From: a virus
Lineage: Duplodnaviria > Caudoviricetes
DNA: 41,312 bases
Virus record (IMG/VR): IMGVR_UViG_3300020045_011804
Span: 1-41,312 of that record
Direction: 5' to 3' (one strand)
The position numbers were made by a program, and so were the translations under genes. Numbering within the stretch: position 1 is the first letter of the stretch; each line of letters starts with the position of its first letter. Below are positions 38,359 through 41,312 of the stretch, in pieces. Below the pieces are notes generated by a model that ran no database searches, had not been told where the DNA came from, and was given only the letters and a program-made list of their open reading frames with translations.

Positions 38359-40124
38359 TAACTCTCCTTTTTAAGTAATGCAAAAAGTTGTTCTTCAGTT
38401 ATTTGTGGAATGTTATATTTTGTTGCCTTGTCGATTTTGTTGTTGCCTGGATCTGTGCCGACAATTAAATAATTTGTTTCCCTAGTTACTCCAGCAGAAA
38501 ATTCATAGTCATAACCGTTTAAAATTTCAACCATTGCTTCACGAGATTGACTTAAAGTACCTGTGATGCAATAAATCGCTTTGGCTGATCCAGATATAGG
38601 AGCGAAAGAAAAGTTTTTCATTTCCTTAACTGCTTCAGAAAACACGGTTACGGCGGTTATAAAAGATTGCTTTGCATTATCAGTTATGTGAATATTAATC
38701 TTGCCAGTCTTTAAATATTGACATAAGCGTAAAGATGATTTATATGCTAATCCTGGTAAGCCTAAGGCAGATATAAAGTTTGCCATAGTTGCGACATGAT
38801 TAACTTGGTTTACTTGTTCGATTAAGTTTTTATAAAAAGCTTCGCCTAAGATATTATAAATTTGTTCATAAAGTTCATATGAAAGCATATCAAGTAAGGC
38901 CCAAGGCTTGATGGATAGGATTTCATAACATATTTGATCTTGCAAAAGTTTTTCTATCGACGATTCACCTATACCATCAATCTTGATACCTTTGTTAGAA
39001 TAAAAGTATGCAATAGATACTATGAGTTTTGAAATACATTTTGATCCATTGCAGACTAAATGTACTCCTTCCCATTGAAGTTCTTCATTACATTTTGGAC
39101 AATATTCTGGAATAGCTCTTCCATACTTAGTATCAAATATAGTAGGAGTTACTGATAATATTTTTGGAATTATTTCTCCAGCTTTACCAACAGTTATTTT
39201 TGATCCTTTTTTAATATCTCTATCTTTAAGCCATTTTGCATTATTACCTGTTACTCGATTGTTAGTTGTTCCACAAAGTTCAATAGGTTCATAAATAACG
39301 GTAGGTATTACCCTTCCAAGTCTGCTAACATTCCATTCAATATCAATTACTGTTGTTTCTTTAACTTGAATTGGAGGCTTCCAGGCAATGCTCCAATTAT
39401 TAGTTTGGCCGTTATTACCAGCTATTAAGCGAGTCTTTTCGTCTGCAACCTTAATCATTAATCCATCCATAGGATAGATTTGTGCCCATTTTGTATATAC
39501 ATTAAGTAGGTATTCTCCAAAAGATTCTAAATCTCCGGAGTAGGTATATTCTTCGAATAGTGAGCCATAATTATGTGGGATGGCTGTCATACTAATTGGA
39601 GGCTTTTCATATTTACGAGCTAACCAACCTGATACTGTATTACGAGGATTTTTGCCAAATTCTGGATTCCAATCACAAAATGGAATAACTAATTCAACTG
39701 CTTGAAAATGCCTAAGATTTGATGGAAACTTTATGTATGGAATTAAATGACTTATGTCGTCACCACACCTTCCATCACCTTCATAGGTTAGAGTAAATCC
39801 AGCTTCTGTTGCAGTTACAACTGCTGCACAGCCATCGTATTTTGGTTCAATTTTAAGTTTATAACTACCAAACCGCATTAAGAATGGCGTAAGGTCTTGC
39901 ATATTAAATGCTTTGTTCGTTCCAAATATTGGATACTTGTGCCAAGTTTTGCCAGTCAAAGCAGCTCTGTTATTTGCGGTATGGTATAGTAAGTTATTAC
40001 TTGGATCAATTGCATGAAGTTGTTGCCAAAATAAATCATATTCGCTGTCTGACATGAATGGAATGCCAGCGGAGTAGGCCATATTTGCCTGGCGAATTTC
40101 ATTTATTAATTGTTCTTTGTTCAT
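38358..40124 (-). CDS. ligA: NAD-dependent DNA ligase
   Basis: SDSEYD, EPKYDG, NPRN, DGLMIK, KAGEIIP, Zn finger and C-terminal BRCT domain. Confidence 0.93.
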   Translation of the reverse strand: MNKEQLINEIRQANMAYSAGIPFMSDSEYDLFWQQLHAIDPSNNLLYHTANNRAALTGKTWHKYPIFGTNKAFNMQDLTPFLMRFGSYKLKIEPKYDGCAAVVTATEAGFTLTYEGDGRCGDDISHLIPYIKFPSNLRHFQAVELVIPFCDWNPEFGKNPRNTVSGWLARKYEKPPISMTAIPHNYGSLFEEYTYSGDLESFGEYLLNVYTKWAQIYPMDGLMIKVADEKTRLIAGNNGQTNNWSIAWKPPIQVKETTVIDIEWNVSRLGRVIPTVIYEPIELCGTTNNRVTGNNAKWLKDRDIKKGSKITVGKAGEIIPKILSVTPTIFDTKYGRAIPEYCPKCNEELQWEGVHLVCNGSKCISKLIVSIAYFYSNKGIKIDGIGESSIEKLLQDQICYEILSIKPWALLDMLSYELYEQIYNILGEAFYKNLIEQVNQVNHVATMANFISALGLPGLAYKSSLRLCQYLKTGKINIHITDNAKQSFITAVTVFSEAVKEMKNFSFAPISGSAKAIYCITGTLSQSREAMVEILNGYDYEFSAGVTRETNYLIVGTDPGNNKIDKATKYNIPQITEEQLFALLKKES

Positions 40125-40139
40125 TTAGTAACCTCTTTA

Positions 40140-40285
40140 TTAAAGTCCAACTAAACTTCGAGCACAAAGATCTGAACAAACAGGATATCTTGACATGAAT
40201 ATAGCATCTTCTTCTTTAACTTCTGCACCACATTCAGCACAGATACATATACCATTAAATTCTACATAATCTCCGCTGCCTTTTG
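40140..40285 (-). pseudogene. 5'-truncated Zn-finger gene at a strand-switch junction
   Basis: ...CICAECG...VCSDLC...*; the frame has no usable start before an upstream TGA at 40323-40325. Confidence 0.5.
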
Positions 40286-40423
40286 ATGGAAACTGATGAT
40301 TCTGATTTGGTTGGACTAGAATTCACCGCTGAACTCAGCTACAACGATGGCATGAGTACAAATGATGATGGTAATGCAGTTAAAGTTGGTCAGCCACGGA
40401 ATGAAATTCTTCGAGTTGTTTAA
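40286..40423 (+). pseudogene. C-terminal fragment of a DUF669/SSB-like protein
   Basis: ETDDSDLVGLEFTAEL...PRNEILRVV*; no RBS; abuts the opposite-strand fragment. Confidence 0.45.
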
Positions 40424-40452
40424 TAACGAATCGTTATGATTAAAAAATTAAA

Positions 40453-40557
40453 TCCAATATTAGAGTCTAGTTACCACGTTCAGTTGACTAGGTTTGGAGT
40501 TGCCTGAACAGCTTCATTCATAACGAGGCGTTGATGTGACGCCTACAAGATGTTGGA
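40453..40557 (+). ncRNA. Four-way-junction RNA candidate with complementary loops (element B)
   Basis: Stems of 9, 11, 7 and 7 bp with many G-U pairs; loops contain TTCAG and CTGAA. Confidence 0.65.
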
Positions 40558-40564
40558 AAGATTA

Positions 40565-40681
40565 AAGCTGGTGGTGAAAATGATATACACAAAATGCGAC
40601 AGCATTTGAGTTAAGTGCGCTAATTTCTGTCGAAAGGCCTGACGTAACCGACTCGTACAGGTTCGAATCCTGTCCAGCTTT
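40565..40681 (+). ncRNA. tRNA-like RNA without a canonical anticodon loop (element C)
   Basis: Acceptor AAGCTGG/CCAGCTT, D arm GTG/CAC, T arm ACAGG-TTCGAAT-CCTGT; expanded variable arm; no CCA. Confidence 0.8.
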
Positions 40682-40692
40682 TAATTTAAAAC

Positions 40693-40748
40693 TTGCCGTT
40701 CACTTATGAACAACATTGTACGAAGTGTTGCAATTATTTGAACGGCAA
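40693..40748 (+). other. Extended hairpin downstream of the tRNA-like RNA (element D)
   Basis: TTGCCGTTCA/TGAACGGCAA 10-bp stem enclosing CAACATT/AGTGTTG. Confidence 0.5.
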
Positions 40749-40761
40749 CTTTATAAATAAT

Positions 40762-40914
40762 ATGAAAATATATAAAGAAAAAGCTGGAATAATATCAGAA
40801 CAATCTGTTTGGGTGTGCATTAATAATGACTATCTTTATATTTCAGAAAATCTCTTAAAATTAATTTGGATTTTATTAACTGAATGGAATAATGATAAAC
40901 ATTTAGTTGGCTAA
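40762..40914 (+). CDS. 50-aa hypothetical protein
   Basis: Start moved to the ATG downstream of the hairpin. Confidence 0.45.
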   Translation: MKIYKEKAGIISEQSVWVCINNDYLYISENLLKLIWILLTEWNNDKHLVG

Positions 40915-40922
40915 TTTTTTAG

Positions 40923-41051
40923 TTAATGATTTTAAGCTCCAGAGGTGTGAATAACATACTTAGTCTGGCCAACTAAGAGTCATAAGCTTATTAAGTAATT
41001 GATTGATCCAAATGAAAGATAGATAACTTATCTGGGGCTTAAAGTTATTAA
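40923..41051 (+). ncRNA. Multi-branched RNA candidate closed by a 21-bp helix (element E)
   Basis: 40923-40943 pairs fully with 41031-41051 (3 G-U); inner hairpins GTGTG/CATAC and TTAGT-CTGGCCA-ACTAA. Confidence 0.6.
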
Positions 41052-41082
41052 ATAGAAAATATTTTCTTAAAGGAGAGCAAAC

Positions 41083-41251
41083 ATGACTGATTCAAATGAA
41101 AGATATCAAGCTATGAAATATGTACATACATTGGCTTATGGATCTAAAGAAGATATAAAAAATATATCTGATTACGAAAAATATCGAGGTAAATGTAAAG
41201 AATTTTCAGAAGCATTAATTAAAAAAGATCCTACTCTTCGATTAGTTCGAG
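41083..41251 (+). CDS. Phage hypothetical protein, 3'-truncated by the inverted duplication
   Basis: AGGAG RBS; YRGKCKE...DPTLRLVRG, then runs into the inverted copy. Confidence 0.6.
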
Positions 41252-41312
41252 GGCCTTTCGACAGAAATTAGCGCACTTAACTCAAATGCTGTCGCATTTT
41301 GTGTATATCATT
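41252..41312 (-). repeat. 61-bp perfect inverted copy of 40579-40639, running to the window end
   Basis: Direct base-by-base comparison. Confidence 0.95.

Noticed and set aside
40453-40681. tmRNA
   Set aside because: No G3-U70 Ala acceptor or tag ORF; only ~116 nt between the acceptor strands.
40693-40761. N-terminal extension (TTG start) of ORF 40693-40914
   Set aside because: The start lies inside a stable hairpin with no RBS; ATG 40762 is more plausible.
1-41312. Diversity-generating retroelement, CRISPR array, integrase or transposase
   Set aside because: No reverse transcriptase, template/variable repeat pair, repeat-spacer array or recombinase motif seen by eye.

Overview
AT-rich tailed dsDNA phage genome segment, probably podovirus-like (no tape-measure, sheath or tube gene recognised). 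The + strand (1-23053) carries the virion module: the end of a Mu-gpT-like major capsid gene, beta-helix and fibre-like proteins, lipoprotein and holin-like genes, probable tail adaptor/nozzle genes, and a 2322-aa polyvalent-type ejection protein. A bidirectional terminator lies at about 23061-23092. The - strand (23100-40280) carries the replication and nucleotide module: ThyX, a HAD phosphatase, a RepL-like protein, a DEDDh exonuclease, a DUF3987-like helicase, a SleB-like hydrolase, a UDG-fused family A DNA polymerase, a ParB-methyltransferase fusion, a MazG-like protein, tRNA-Ile(UAU) and an NAD-dependent ligase. The last ~1 kb is flipped to the + strand between two abrupt junctions and ends in a 61-bp inverted duplication, most likely a chimera. 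The main leads are: several intergenic multi-branched RNAs that are tRNA-shaped or have complementary (kissing) loops; a PolA with His at the 762 position and a degenerate UDG domain; an in-frame TGA splitting a fibre-like gene; and a stand-alone terminase ATPase fragment. All calls come from manual motif reading and hand folding; no searches were run.
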